Positions 1 to 13,616 of a stretch of 64,000 bases of DNA are shown piece after piece (position 1 is the stretch's first letter; the number at the start of each line of letters is the position of its first letter). The stretch spans positions 9,436,787 through 9,500,786 of the forward strand of contig NC_068983.1 in the NCBI RefSeq assembly GCF_001194135.2. The letters are read 5' to 3'. The translations under genes were made by a program, and so were the position numbers. The DNA comes from Octopus bimaculoides (taxonomy: Eukaryota). The notes below the pieces were generated by a model. That model was not told where the DNA came from and ran no database searches. It saw only the letters and a program-made list of their open reading frames with translations.

Positions 1-100
1 TTATTATCATTATTATTATCAATATTATTATTATTATGGTTATTATTATTATTGTGTTGTGGGTTGTTATTGTTGTTTATTGATGTTGTTGTTGTTAATT
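1..100. repeat. (TTA)n/(TTG)n degenerate trinucleotide microsatellite
   Basis: Direct reading of ttattatcattattatt...gttgttgttgtt. Confidence 0.9.
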
Positions 101-520
101 CTACACTTCTATTAAATTAGAGTTATTTCATCGAAGCAGAAATATCGAATAAGAAGCAGTAGTAACTTTATTGTTACAATAGAGAAAATAAATATATCAG
201 CGTATGAATGTAGAGGTGTATATGTGTGTGCGCGCGCACGTGTGTATGTATGTGTGTGCGTGTGTGTGTGTGTGTGTGTTGTATTGTCTCTTTTGAGATA
301 TTTGGAAATAACAGAAATCGTGAATTACCATCTTAATATGAAAAAAAGAAACACATTTTATACGGAATTTTTTGCGACATACACACTCACATGCTCTCAA
401 ACGGACATACACACGCACAAATATCTGTGCATGTACGTGTATGCGTATATATATACATACCACGCACTTATATAAATGCACAGATATATATACAGATATA
501 TATATATATATATATGTGTG

Positions 521-576
<56 letters not shown>

Positions 577-623
577 TATACACACACATATACACACATA
601 TATATATACATATGTATACATAC

Positions 624-700
<77 letters not shown>

Positions 701-2032
701 NNNNNNNNNNNNNNNNNNNNNNNNNNNNNNNNNNNNNNNNNNNNNNNNNNNNNNNNNNNNNNNNNNNNNNNNNNNNNNNNNNNNNNNNNNNNNNNNNNNN
801 NNNNNNNNNNNNNNNNNNNNNNNNNNNNNNNNNNNNNNNNNNNNNNNNNNNNNNNNNNNNNNNNNNNNNNNNNNNNNNNNNNNNNNNNNNNNNNNNNNNN
901 NNNNNNNNNNNNNNNNNNNNNNNNNNNNNNNNNNNNNNNNNNNNNNNNNNNNNNNNNNNNNNNNNNNNNNNNNNNNNNNNNNNNNNNNNNNNNNNNNNNN
1001 NNNNNNNNNNNNNNNNNNNNNNNNNNNNNNNNNNNNNNNNNNNNNNNNNNNNNNNNNNNNNNNNNNNNNNNNNNNNNNNNNNNNNNNNNNNNNNNNNNNN
1101 NNNNNNNNNNNNNNNNNNNNNNNNNNNNNNNNNNNNNNNNNNNNNNNNNNNNNNNNNNNNNNNNNNNNNNNNATATATATATATACATATATATCTGTAC
1201 AATTGGAATTTATTCTATTGTGTTCAACTACCGTAAAGTCTATTACAAGAATACACAACAGCTTGAAATGTTTACACAACCCATTCTATTATATTGTACT
1301 TCATTGTAATGCATTGTCTATTAAGAAATGTTTGAATTCTTGCTTGTTACATGAATGAGCATAAAACCACAGCGTGAGCGCTTCACTATACATGTTGTAT
1401 ATATTCATATTAAATCACTGTCGCTCAGGCGGTGCATTATCTGGCAAAATCGTTAGAGCTATGGATAAAAAGCTTTTGATATTCAGTTCAAATGCCAGCG
1501 AGGTCAATTTTGCAATTATTATCCCCCACCGCTAAGAACAGCAGCACTAATTGATAATGAAATTTTTACTCTTTTTGTATTGTTATAATGCAACTGAAGA
1601 AGGTAAAGGCAGACCTGACCGGAGTAAAAGTCAGCGGTTTGTATATTGTTACAGAATGATGTTTGCAATCTTATCTGTATGAAAATATATTTAACGCAAA
1701 TCTGAATACATAGATGTGAGCTGTATGTAGAGTCATTTATAACTGCGGAGTGTGTCATTGAGAGGCGTTGCTGAAATGAAAATCGTATATAGCTTTAGAA
1801 AGAGTTACAGAAAATTCTTCCAGATTTCAAAGGCGAATAGTGTAGTGACAGAATAGCGGAAATTGTTGAATATATATATATGTGTATGTGTGTGTGTATG
1901 TTTATGTGTGCGTTTGTGTGTGGGTGGGTGTAATATATATATTAAACAGTATGTACTGGAAAGTTACACATGTGCTTTAAACTGGTATCGTTTCTTTTCC
2001 TAATTCTCTTTTCTTGCTTATTTCTTTCTTAC

Positions 2033-2212
2033 CCTACTTTGATGAAAGGTTCATCGGATCGATAATCTACTTTTCCTGTTGAAATATTCATGCCATATCC
2101 TAATGGATCGAAAACCTTCAAGTTATGTTCAGCCGGAAAATCGCATATTATTTTTAGATCTAAGACTTCCACCAAATTGTTGAATTCCAGACCAGAAATT
2201 TTCAGCAAACGC
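2033..2212 (-). CDS. Candidate 180-nt internal exon of an unidentified gene (alternatively an old LINE RT remnant)
   Basis: Minus strand reads ...tatgcAG|GCG...GTAGG|GTAAGA. Length 180 nt, phase 2/2, open frame RLLKISGLEFNNLVEVLDLKIICDFPAEHNLKVFDPLGYGMNISTGKVDYRSDEPFIKVG. The polypyrimidine tract is weak and I recognise no homolog. Confidence 0.3.
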
Positions 2213-2763
2213 CTGCATATAGTCAAGTTTCATTTGTCGAACTGAGAAACACCACCATCTTCGGATTGAGCAGCTGTATCATAGACTTTAGACCCATTCC
2301 GTTGATTCTACACCATACAGCTTTACGGCTCTACAGTGAAAGGGGACATAACTTTAATTTTTCGTCTTTCTTTCATTCCTTTCTTGCGTTTTATTTTTTT
2401 AACCATTCCAACGTTTGATCACACCTTCATCTCGTTTTGTCTTTTGATTTCTCTTGTTCTATCTCCGCCTCTGAAAGATGTATTATAATTACCAAACGTC
2501 AATTAATACTCAAGTTTCAAGAATTTCCCCAACGTTGACACGCCAATAATGCAAAGGACATGTGTCTTGTCTAAAGATAAAAGGACAGCGGTTGATGATA
2601 AGTGTTTCTAGCTGAATAGGCGTCATTAGCTCAGCAAATTACTGACCTATATTCGAGTAGCCAATAGCGATATATTCAAAAGACAGCACAGCACATTTCT
2701 GGCCAACGTACTTTGTACAGGGAATGTTTACGCGTGCACGCGTGTGAATATGCATCTGTGTGG

Positions 2764-2764
<1 letters not shown>

Positions 2765-2858
<94 letters not shown>
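2765..2858. repeat. (TG)n microsatellite
   Basis: Long, essentially pure GT run. Confidence 0.95.
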
Positions 2859-2860
<2 letters not shown>

Positions 2861-3332
2861 GATAAATAATTGGTATGTATGCGTTTCAAAGTGTACTTCT
2901 TAAACCAGCGAAATAAACAATGCATTTGTTACAATTACGCTCAACAAGTTCTTGAAATGAATTAAATAATTGAAAGTAAAACAATATATCAGTGAAACGC
3001 TGAAGATATATTCAAGATGTCCAAATAAAAACTAGTTACTGTGTAAATATGGTTATACCTTTGATCAACACATACACATAAGTACGCATTAACAATCACG
3101 GATATATATGCATCTGTTCGTGTGTATGTGTAAGTTTGTATGTATGATGACTTCTAAATAGTCTATTTAGTTCCAGAGTATTCTATTTACAATAGTTATT
3201 TGAAGTGTCAGTCTTGGATGTATCCTCATTACAAGCCAGAGGCTTCACCGCTCTTAATCTTTGTCGCATTGTCTTTTTGCAGAGTAGAGGAATATACATA
3301 TAAGTGCGCGCACACGCACACACGCACACACA

Positions 3333-3408
<76 letters not shown>

Positions 3409-4334
3409 AACTCATACATACATACAAATACGCGCGTATACACGTGTACATACTTATATATGCATAAGTAAATACAAATATATATATATATATATAGAAA
3501 TATATACACACACACAAAAAAACACACATATATATTTACGTGTCTAACTTAGCTCCTTAAACGCAACGGTATCCTGAGAAATGCCTCAACACATTGTGAT
3601 CAGCTTCTACATAATTTTTTTGTTGTATGATTATAGCTCGAAGGCATTATCTTTCTTGTTTCAATGTTTCTGATGGTTTTCTTGTTGCTTTTTTCTGCTT
3701 CTCCCGCATTCTTTCATTTCTTTTCTCTGTTTTTCTTCACGCTTTCTTTCTCTTTCTCCTTCTCTGTCGCCATCTTTTGGTGATTCTTTGTAATTGAAGT
3801 ACCATCTTATCGTGTTAAACGATTTTCATTCTTTACTTCAAAAATCGTTTTATTTTCTCGCTTTACTCCTTGTGATGACAGAATTTTTGCAGCTTCAGTT
3901 TTATTTATTGTATTTATTTATTCTTTCGATTTGATCCGAAGTTCTATTACTAGACGTTACAAAAGTTATTTCTCCAACTGTATTCATACATAATCTCTTC
4001 ATATCGCTTAGAAACGTAATACTGAAGAGAAACCTCATCGAAGTAAATCCTGCTTTAGTTATCTATAAAATTACTCGAATTTTTCGTTTAGAAATTGTGT
4101 TTGTATTCATAAAAGATTTTACGTTTTATTCTAGTCGAATTTAATAGAAAGTTGCTCAAATCAAAATCCTACATCAAATACATTATTCTTATTCAGTTTA
4201 TTTGCATATCCAGAAAGGTGTGAGAATCCGTTCCATGAGGTGGGTTGACTTGCATGAAATAGCATTTAAATCTTCCCGAATTCAAATCCTGCCATCTTAA
4301 AAATCTTCTTTTCTTTCTATCCTTGTCTTTCATA

Positions 4335-4560
4335 TTCCACTCGTTTCAGACAGTGGATCGTGGCCCTGCCGGGGCACGGATCTTGAAGGGTTTTGGTGGA
4401 ACATATCGACCACAATACTTCTGGTTTAATTAACTGTAAGTTTAGTACATATTCTATCCGGCTCTTTGCCGAACCTTTAAGCTATGGAAATGTAAACAAA
4501 TCAAAACAGATGGTCCAGCGGTGACGGAGAGGCAAACACACATATAAACACACACACATA
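4335..4560 (-). mobile_element. Diverged partial SINE family A
   Basis: Recognisable blocks (tattctatccggctctttgccgaacc...; atatcgacc) match the intact copies at 24805, 28900 and 46057. Confidence 0.5.
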
Positions 4561-4564
4561 TATA

Positions 4565-4612
<48 letters not shown>

Positions 4613-4705
4613 AAAATTTATAAAAACATGTGTGACATNNNNNNNNNNTATATATATATATATATATATATATATACGTAACATATGGTATAATTATAAA
4701 CATGC

Positions 4706-4743
<38 letters not shown>

Positions 4744-6495
4744 AATATAATATAGTAACAATGAACACGGCGATTAGTACATCTACACATTTCTATATCA
4801 TTATTTCTACACTCCATTACAGTATATTTGATTGAAATTTATTTGTCCGACGCACGTTTCTGCTGCACAGATATCTGGCAATTTTGTTTGCATCCAGTTA
4901 AAAGTAACTATTCATTAGTTTATTCACCTATATTCAAGGTCCACTTACTGACGTGGATTGAAGTTTCGTTTCACGAATTTGATTTCAGAACGTAAAAGTG
5001 TCGTACTTAAGTTTCATATTGAATTCTGCGCGACGCTCTAACGATACAATTAGCGACGACGATTTCAAGTATTGTTACTGTAAATGCTGATTTCAGACAA
5101 GTGAAGTTATCGAAGTATTTTTATCGAACACACTTGAGTAAAAAAAAAAAATGATGAAATTTTCTGAGCTGCTCTAGAAATCAGTGGATGAAAGAATGAA
5201 AGAACTAACGATTACTAAATTTAAAATCAAATCATGATTAATGCTTTGCTGCATTTCTGGATATCAGCACATTTTATCAAGTCATGAACTGAAAATGATT
5301 TTGTCCCTCTACTATACGATTTGAAATCTGTACACATGTGTTAGCAATAGATTATAACACTTCAACGTCTTCATCAAGATTGATGACGAGCAAAGACTCA
5401 GAAACATGTCTCTGGATGCAGGCTTAGCTGGGCGGAAGTGCTTGCCTCCCCCTTGTAAACATAAGGCCACAGGAAGCGGTGCAGTTTCCTAGGTCTAACC
5501 AACAGTAGTATTATTCCCTTCAGGGGACTGTCACATTAAGTTGACAGCATACAACTACTTCATCGTATCACTACTGCATAAATCTCTTTGAGAGATTTAG
5601 AAATGTATTATTTCTAAAGTTTTCATCAAGATTTGGTAATGCAGAGCTAAAAGTCGGCCATAAGATCGAGCATTATCAAATGGGTATGGAAGTAGAAAGA
5701 CATGAAAACACTAACACGTGTAAGGAATGCATTATTATAAAAAGTTGCAATTACAGTTTACATGATGTACTCAAGTTGTATCTTTACAATTGTTTCGGAC
5801 AATCAATGGCAGATTAATATAAACATATATATTAAGGGAAGAAGTGAGATATTGAATAAATGCTGTAAGTATAGCAAAAATCAAATAAAATATATCTAAA
5901 TTAGTTGTTCGTTTTAACGATCTATCTTCATCGCACTGCTAGGTATTGTTACCTAAACATGGACATTGTTTTTGAAGCGGTAGTAAAAAGAAAAGGCGTA
6001 GACCCATATACACACACATATACACAATCACACATACAGCGAAGAAGACTGGTGCAACATGAAGTGTAGTGCCTTGCTCAAGGTCGCAACTCGTCAACCG
6101 AAGCAAAAATTTGACCTGCGACATTACGATCACGACCGGGACATCGCAATCACTTAGAAATTACTTTCATACATAGGAGTAAAGGGAGAAACTTGTCCAA
6201 AGTACCATGCAGTCATACTGAACTCGGATGCTCGTTGTTGCGAAAGAACTACTTAATTATTACTGTAATTACACTTAATTACTGCTACTGAACTACATTA
6301 TTATAAAACAAATATAGCATTTTGAAATATATATATGTGTGTGTGAGTACATATATATGTGAGTACGTGCGGGTATGGGTCTGTTTGAGTATTTATGTAT
6401 ATGTATATATACACATAAATATATGAATATATATATACTTATATATATATATATACATATATCCATAAATATATGAATATATATACCTATATATA

Positions 6496-6526
<31 letters not shown>

Positions 6527-7511
6527 NNNNNNNNNNNNNNNNNNNNNNNNNNNNNNNNNNNNNNNNNNNNNNNNNNNNNNNNNNNNNNNNNNNNNNNNNN
6601 NNNNNNNNNNNNNNNNNNNNNNNNNNNNNNNNNNNNNNNNNNNNNNNNNNNNNNNNNNNNNNNNNNNNNNNNNNNNNNNNNNNNNNNNNNNNNNNNNNNN
6701 NNNNNNNNNNNNNNNNNNNNNNNNNNNNNNNNNNNNNNNNNNNNNNNNNNNNNNNNNNNNNNNNNNNNNNNNNNNNNNNNNNNNNNNNNNNNNNNNNNNN
6801 NNNNNNNNNNNNNNNNNNNNNNNNNNNNNNNNNNNNNNNNNNNNNNNNNNNNNNNNNNNNNNNNNNNNNNNNNNNNNNNNNNNNNNNNNNNNNNNNNNNN
6901 NNNNNNNNNNNNNNNNNNNNNNNNNNNNNNNNNNNNNNNNNNNNNNNNNNNNNNNNNNNNNNNNNNNNNNNNNNNNNNNNNNNNNNNNNNNNNNNNNNNN
7001 NNNNNNNNNNNNNNNNNNNNNNNNNNNNNNNNNNNNNNNNNNNNNNNNNNNNNNNNNNNNNNNNNNNNNNNNNNNNNNNNNNNNNNNNNNNNNNNNNNNN
7101 NNNNNNNNNNNNNNNNNNNNNNNNNNNNNNNNNNNNNNNNNNNNNNNNNNNNNNNNNNNNNNNNNNNNNNNNNNNNNNNNNNNNNNNNNNNNNNNNNNNN
7201 NNNNNNNNNNNNNNNNNNNNNNNNNNNNNNNNNNNNNNNNNNNNNNNNNNNNNNNNNNNNNNNNNNNNNNNNNNNNNNNNNNNNNNNNNNNNNNNNNNNN
7301 NNNNNNNNNNNNNNNNNNNNNNNNNNNNNNNNNNNNNNNNNNNNNNNNNNNNNNNNNNNNNNNNNNNNNNNNNNNNNNNNNNNNNNNNNNNNNNNNNNNN
7401 NNNNNNNNNNNNNNNNNNNNNNNNNNNNNNNNNNNNNNNNATATATTTATATATATATATATATATATATACATATATATATACATATATACGTAGATAC
7501 ATACATACATG

Positions 7512-7555
<44 letters not shown>

Positions 7556-7867
7556 TGTATGAGTGCATTCATACACATATGCATACATACTTAAATCCTT
7601 ACATACACACTTACAGACTAAACATTCATTCGTCTGTGCGTGTATGTGTTTTCGTTTATACAATATTTTTTGTAACTGTAATAGTCTATTTTTCACCAAA
7701 CATTACTTGTGATTGAAGTACGTTTTTCGATTTTGTTTGGAGAGCATATCTTTTTTATAAAATTATTGGAGAACCATAATCCTTCGCATATTACGAAATA
7801 GAGGATGAAAAAGTTTATAAATATTAAAATGCAGACAGACACGCACTTACACACACATATACACGCG

Positions 7868-7932
<65 letters not shown>

Positions 7933-8965
7933 TAGTGTATGTATGTATGTATGTATGTATATGTACATAATGCATACACACACACATACACGCACATATA
8001 TATATGATTACGCGCACACATATGTGTGTGCATGATGCAGGTATACGTAAATACTTAAATATACACGAGAAATATATATACATACATATATACACTCTTC
8101 ATGCGCACGAACCCACACACATATGTGTGTGTGTGTGTTTGTGTGCTTGCATTTATATAAACTTATTTATGTGTATGTGTGTAGAGGGACGGTAGAGGTG
8201 AGTGGTAGAAAGAATAAAAACTAAAAGAATCAACTGAAAAAGATTTTATTTTTGTTGGTTTTTAAAACAAACTTTCTGCATTTCTTTGCATCTGCAAACG
8301 AAAGATAATTGTATAGAAAAGTTCCATGCATATATTTGATTCCTTTTTGTCTTTCGTTTCGCTGTTAAATATTTTTATTTCGTTTGTTTTATATGTCTTA
8401 TTATTTATTTTTACTGTTATCCATTACTATATGATGTTTTGGCGTGTTTTACAATATTATCTTATGGTTTTCGAGACTGCACAATACGAGAGGAGTATTT
8501 TGAAGTTATTTTCTAAGACCATTTGCAGTCTGAGTTCGAATCCCTCGGAGGTCAATTTTAATTCCTTTCATCCTTCTGCGTTCGATCAAATAGATAAAGG
8601 ATAGTATCTGGAATCATTATAAATGACTTACCAACCGAAAATTTACATTTTTGTATCTGATTTAAGTCCGTCGCCATTAATATTCACGTCTTAATGACTT
8701 CAGGTTCAAAATTCCACGAAATCATTTTTAAACATTACCCCACAAGTCTCTATATATAAAATACTAATTAAATTATTGTGTCAATTTAATCAGGTAACCT
8801 CCTCCACCAGACATGTGTTACGTGCCTATATAAGACACTATTGTGGCTTGGATCGTTATGTTTGTTGCCAAGTGGTTGGTGCACGAGTTTGATTGTGACA
8901 TCAAATCAATTAGTTTATGATTTCTTACATTGGCACGAGGCAAGAAATAGGTTTGGCGGAGAATG

Positions 8966-9179
8966 TTCTTTCTAATACAGGCACAAGACCTGAAATTTGG
9001 AGAGAGGGGTAAGTCGATTATATCGACCCCAGTGTTCAAATGGTACTTATTTTATCATCTCCAAAGAGTGAAAGGTAAAGTCCACACCGGCAGAATTTGT
9101 ACTCAGAAATTAAAGACAGACGAAATGTCGCTCAGCATTTTGCACTGTGTGCTAACGATTCTGCCAATTCACAGCCTTA
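8966..9179 (-). mobile_element. SINE family D (head ggcg..gctggcagaatcgttagc)
   Basis: Reverse complement aligns with the plus-strand copy at 37402 (gtcgattatatcgaccccagtg, gctaacgattctgcca). Confidence 0.7.
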
Positions 9180-9184
9180 ACAGC

Positions 9185-9197
9185 TAATAATAATAAT

Positions 9198-9250
<53 letters not shown>
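9185..9250. repeat. (TAA)n microsatellite, 5' flank of the R4/Dong insertion
   Basis: Direct reading. Confidence 0.95.
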
Positions 9251-9252
<2 letters not shown>

Positions 9253-9826
9253 TAACAACAGAAAAAAGATAAAATAACAACAGAAAAAAGATGGTATAAA
9301 CACACGCCAGAAAAGGTCACAGAAAACGAGAAAGCAACCATACTCTGGGATATGCCAATACACACAGATAGAGAAATTAAGGCAAATAGACCAGATATAG
9401 TTGTCAAAGATCATGAAGAAAAAAAAAATGCTTTCTAATTGATGTATCAATACCAGCAGATGACAACGTTTCTCTAAAAGAAATGGAAAAACTTTCAAAA
9501 TACAAAGACCTGGAAATAGAGATAACTCGAATGTGGAATCTAAAAACAGAAACAATTCCTATCATAGTAGGTGCCTTAGGTATAATAAAAAAATATTCAG
9601 ACAAATACATAACAAAAATACCAGGACTTACAAATATATATAATATACAGAAAATTGCACTACTGGGTACTGCACACATTCTACGCAAAACACTTTCAAT
9701 ACAGTAAACATAAGAGCACCACAGCAAACCACAGCACATACCCAAGGCGCACAGAGCTGCGCTCGGTAGTGAAGTGAAAGCACGTTATAAAAATAAAACT
9801 ACTGAATAATAATAATAATAATAATA
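9249..9826 (+). mobile_element. 5'-truncated R4/Dong-clade non-LTR retrotransposon (RLE domain, 3'UTR, TAA tail)
   Basis: Translates as KITTEKRWYKHTPEKVTENEKATILWDMPIHTDREIKANRPDIVVKDHEEK(fs in A10 run 9419-9428)CFLIDVSIPADDNVSLKEMEKLSKYKDLEIEITRMW...IIVGALG...LGTAHILRKTLSIQ* (stop at 9707). This is a PD-(D/E)xK RLE typical of the R4 clade. Flanked by (TAA)n on both sides. Confidence 0.9.
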
Positions 9827-9829
9827 AAA

Positions 9830-10475
9830 AGTTTCTAATTTGGACACAAGGCCAGCAACTTTGACAGGAAAGAGAAGTCGATTCCAGTATTAGATTGGTA
9901 TTTTATTTTTATCGATGCCGAGATGATGAAAGGCAAGGCTGAACTCGACTGTATGAGGACTCAGCCGGAAGAAATGCTGCTGCGCATTTTGTCCGACGCG
10001 TTAACGATTTTGCCAGCGCAACACGTTGCCTTTTCATAACAGATTCGACATGGCCTGCAATTTTAGCGGGAGGAGTTAAGTCGATTACATCAGCCCTAGT
10101 GCTTCACTGATACATATTTTTATCGCTCCCTAAGGAATGAGAGGCAAAGTTCAATTCGGTAGGATTTGAACTCAGGAGGTAAAGACCTAGAGGAAATTAT
10201 GCTAAGCATTTTCTTCTGCCAAGTTACCGTCATTAATTCTGTCATTTACTCAAGGCAGGGCAGCTGGTGGAAAATATTAATCGAAGTCATCAACTTCAGC
10301 ATTTGTCTGGTACTTGGTTTTCTTTATTTTTATCAGCTCTGCAACAAGAATGGTAAAAGTTTACTCTGTCTAATTGTACTCCCCACCCCACTCCTTACAA
10401 AAAAGTAGAGAGCTGAAAGATGTAACACACGTTAGGTTGTATGACGTTTTGACGATTCTACCATTCCTTCGTATG
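9830..10475. mobile_element. Cluster of three diverged SINE-D copies (9830-10020 -, ~10050-10225 -, ~10255-10475 +)
   Basis: Shared motifs aaggccagcaa, gtcgattacatc, tactggt, aacgattttgccagc. Confidence 0.6.
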
Positions 10476-11473
10476 CACGCCAGCATTAAGGAAAATTGCT
10501 AGAACTTGAAGATTAATATTAAATAACACTAAAACAGTGAAATTGTAATAAAATTATATGAAACTTTATAAATCTATAAATTTGTTATTTATTTCTCGGT
10601 TCAAATTTTCTTACATCTTTCTATTTGATTTAAGAATAGTATAAAAAAAGACTAAGTTGAAAAAGTAAGCAAATGTGTGTGTGTGTTTATTTGTTTTCCA
10701 TATTTTAGTAATTTATTTTTGTATTCAATTCAGTTTTTGCACGTGTTTGTATAACTATGTTATAGCTATCAATCTACAGTGGGTGGTACAATTAGTAGAA
10801 GTCTAGAGTCAATGTGTTGCTGTATTTAATTTCGTGCATTTAAATTCCATGTCTAGATCCTGCTGGGTTTCACTTTGCCTTAGATTCAATTTTACGCGTT
10901 GGTGAAGTAATTACAAATCGTAATCTTGAGTTAGATATAATCGATTTCATACCTTTACCTCATATTATGTGATCAAATAACGAAGATCGACTCATGTTAT
11001 GAAGCAATGAGTCAATTGGGTCTCTTTACTGGACTCTTCAATCGGTTACAAATAACAGTCAGATCCCATGGAAATGTGAAGATATTACTTTTGATATATA
11101 AACGGTTCTAGACGACCATCGCCAGAGCTGAGGTCAACACGTACTGGAAATATATGAAAATGGTGGTGGATGCACAAGGAACAAAATGGAGTGTAACGAA
11201 TAGGTCAGGGTGGTTGAGTGGAGAAGATACTAAACAAGGAAGATTTCAGGAACGCAGGTCATTATAATGGCAATGGAAAAGACAGAAAAATGAGTCTGTA
11301 TTCTTGAGGGCGTTTCTTTGGTTCATTGTATATTACATATATGGCAGTACCTGCCAGGTGGAGGAGCAGTCCTCTGTCGTAAAACTTAATTGTTGGGACT
11401 GAAAATCTTTCTGGCCCTCACGAGATGGGGAGCGCTCCCAGTTATGTTAAGGACGTGAATTCGCCAGGAGAGA

Positions 11474-11800
11474 TCATTTAGCAAAATTCAGGTCCCTCAA
11501 TAGGAATGGCGACGAAGGATTTATCTGAGTGCTCTCGAGTTCGATACGCTCGCAGTCTTCCATACTTATCAGTCCTCTTTCTCCATTTGCTTGCTTCATG
11601 TATAGGTGATCAGCGTCTGCACGTGGATGCATCGCTAGGAGCTTTCTTGACTTCCTGTCCATCTCCTTTAGTTCTGCCTCTGTCCACTTCAGGATGCTTG
11701 CGCCATACTGAACTACTGCGACTGCGCACCAGTTTATTGTCGAGATTATATTTCTGGCATTCAGCTTTTAAGCCAATATTTTTCTCAGTCGCACCGGATG
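11474..11800 (-). mobile_element. Degraded R4/Dong-clade RT C-terminal fragment
   Basis: Minus frame reads RLRKILA*KLNARNIISTINWCAVAVVQYGASILKWTEAELKEMDRKSRKLLAMHPRADADHLYMKQANGERGLISMEDCERIE, which matches the R4-clade pattern (INTWAVPV..Y..GII.W...EL...DRKTRK...HP..DVDRLY..R..GGRGL.S.ED). Confidence 0.8.
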
Positions 11801-11801
11801 C

Positions 11802-11858
11802 ACTGGAGTCGATGTAATCAATTCATTCCCACCTCTCCCAAGCTACCCTTATGGCAAA
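11802..11858 (+). mobile_element. SINE-D 3' remnant running into an (ATT)n tail
   Basis: gcactggagtcgatgtaatc...ccttatggcaaaaattattatt matches the SINE-D 3' end (compare 37545-37570 and 63120-63160). Confidence 0.5.
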
Positions 11859-11885
11859 AATTATTATTATCATTATCATTATTAC

Positions 11886-11954
<69 letters not shown>

Positions 11955-12030
11955 CATTATAATTATTATTATTATTATTAATATTATTATCATCATCATC
12001 ATTATCATCATTATTATTATTGTTATTATT
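11859..12030. repeat. (ATT)n/(ATC)n microsatellite
   Basis: Direct reading. Confidence 0.95.
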
Positions 12031-12589
12031 GAGTGAGAGAGCAGTGCATGCCATCAAAGTGACACTGGGGTAAACTATAGGAAGCCCATTATACCCATCA
12101 TGACTACCCATCTGATAAGGGTACACCAGGCACATGCATCACAACCACATGTGCGCGACATGGTGATCTCATATCAAGATAAACAGCGCATGACCTCGCA
12201 GGTGAGGCCCAGTTAGAATTTTCTTCAGGTCAAGTAGCATATCCCACTTAAAAGGTACCTGAATAAGGTTTGTTTAAGGATGTTGAGCAAAACAACCATG
12301 TTTCCAAAGGCGAATTATTCAAACCCTAAAGAATTCCTCTCAATACATGGCTATGATGCTCCCCCACTACTTCTGCTCGTGATCAGAGATGCACATATCG
12401 TCAGCCACCAAGGGACATACTCAACTAGTTAAGGTCAAACAACTGACAAGCAAATCTGTGGTATTAAGCAGAATATTTGTTGTAGCCCATCTTTTATACC
12501 AAGACAAAACAATGTACGTGATAACACTTCCATTCATTTAAGATGAGAAGCCATGAGAGCCACTGCCTGGTACTGCATCCGGGCATTTA
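12031..12589 (-). mobile_element. Non-coding ~560-bp element embedded in (TAA)n; putative non-autonomous TAA-targeted retroelement
   Basis: Complex sequence with sharp boundaries (minus 5' TAAATGCCC ... 3' CTCTCACTC-AATAAT). It is flanked on both sides by AAT repeats and has no long ORF or tRNA boxes. It resembles a repeat I recall as common in Octopus (not verified). Confidence 0.55.
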
Positions 12590-12622
12590 TTATTAATATC
12601 ATCATCATCATCATCATCATCA

Positions 12623-12684
<62 letters not shown>

Positions 12685-13616
12685 NNNNNNNNNNNNNNNN
12701 NNNNNNNNNNNNNNNNNNNNNNNNNNNNNNNNNNNNNNNNNNNNNNNNNNNNNNNNNNNNNNNNNNNNNNNNNNNNNNNNNNNNNNNNNNNNNNNNNNNN
12801 NNNNNNNNNNNNNNNNNNNNNNNNNNNNNNNNNNNNNNNNNNNNNNNNNNNNNNNNNNNNNNNNNNNNNNNNNNNNNNNNNNNNNNNNNNNNNNNNNNNN
12901 NNNNNNNNNNNNNNNNNNNNNNNNNNNNNNNNNNNNNNNNNNNNNNNNNNNNNNNNNNNNNNNNNNNNNNNNNNNNNNNNNNNNNNNNNNNNNNNNNNNN
13001 NNNNNNNNNNNNNNNNNNNNNNNNNNNNNNNNNNNNNNNNNNNNNNNNNNNNNNNNNNNNNNNNNNNNNNNNNNNNNNNNNNNNNNNNNNNNNNNNNNNN
13101 NNNNNNNNNNNNNNNNNNNNNNNNNNNNNNNNNNNNNNNNNNNNNNNNNNNNNNNNNNNNNNNNNNNNNNNNNNNNNNNNNNNNNNNNNNNNNNNNNNNN
13201 NNNNNNNNNNNNNNNNNNNNNNNNNNNNNNNNNNNNNNNNNNNNNNNNNNNNNNNNNNNNNNNNNNNNNNNNNNNNNNNNNNNNNNNNNNNNNNNNNNNN
13301 NNNNNNNNNNNNNNNNNNNNNNNNNNNNNNNNNNNNNNNNNNNNNNNNNNNNNNNNNNNNNNNNNNNNNNNNNNNNNNNNNNNNNNNNNNNNNNNNNNNN
13401 NNNNNNNNNNNNNNNNNNNNNNNNNNNNNNNNNNNNNNNNNNNNNNNNNNNNNNNNNNNNNNNNNNNNNNNNNNNNNNNNNNNNNNNNNNNNNNNNNNNN
13501 NNNNNNNNNNNNNNNNNNNNNNNNNNNNNNNNNNNNNNNNNNNNNNNNNNNNNNNNNNNNNNNNNNNNNNNNNNNNNNNNNNNNNNNNNNNNNNNNNNNN
13601 NNNNNNNNNNNNNNNN

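Noticed and set aside
197-1358. Long ORFs of 240-490 aa spanning N-runs (also 6393-7699, 12553-13960, 50245-51770, 56125-56733, 59075-59848)
   Set aside because: They are open only because N, (TA)n and (CATA)n contain no stop codons. The translations are YIYI, HTYI or X runs.
3660-3830. Minus-strand ATGGCG in good Kozak context followed by K/E-rich codons
   Set aside because: Purine-rich low-complexity tract that reaches a stop after 19 codons.
5545-5820. ~90-codon stop-free plus-strand frame
   Set aside because: No early start codon, no convincing splice pair and no recognisable motif.
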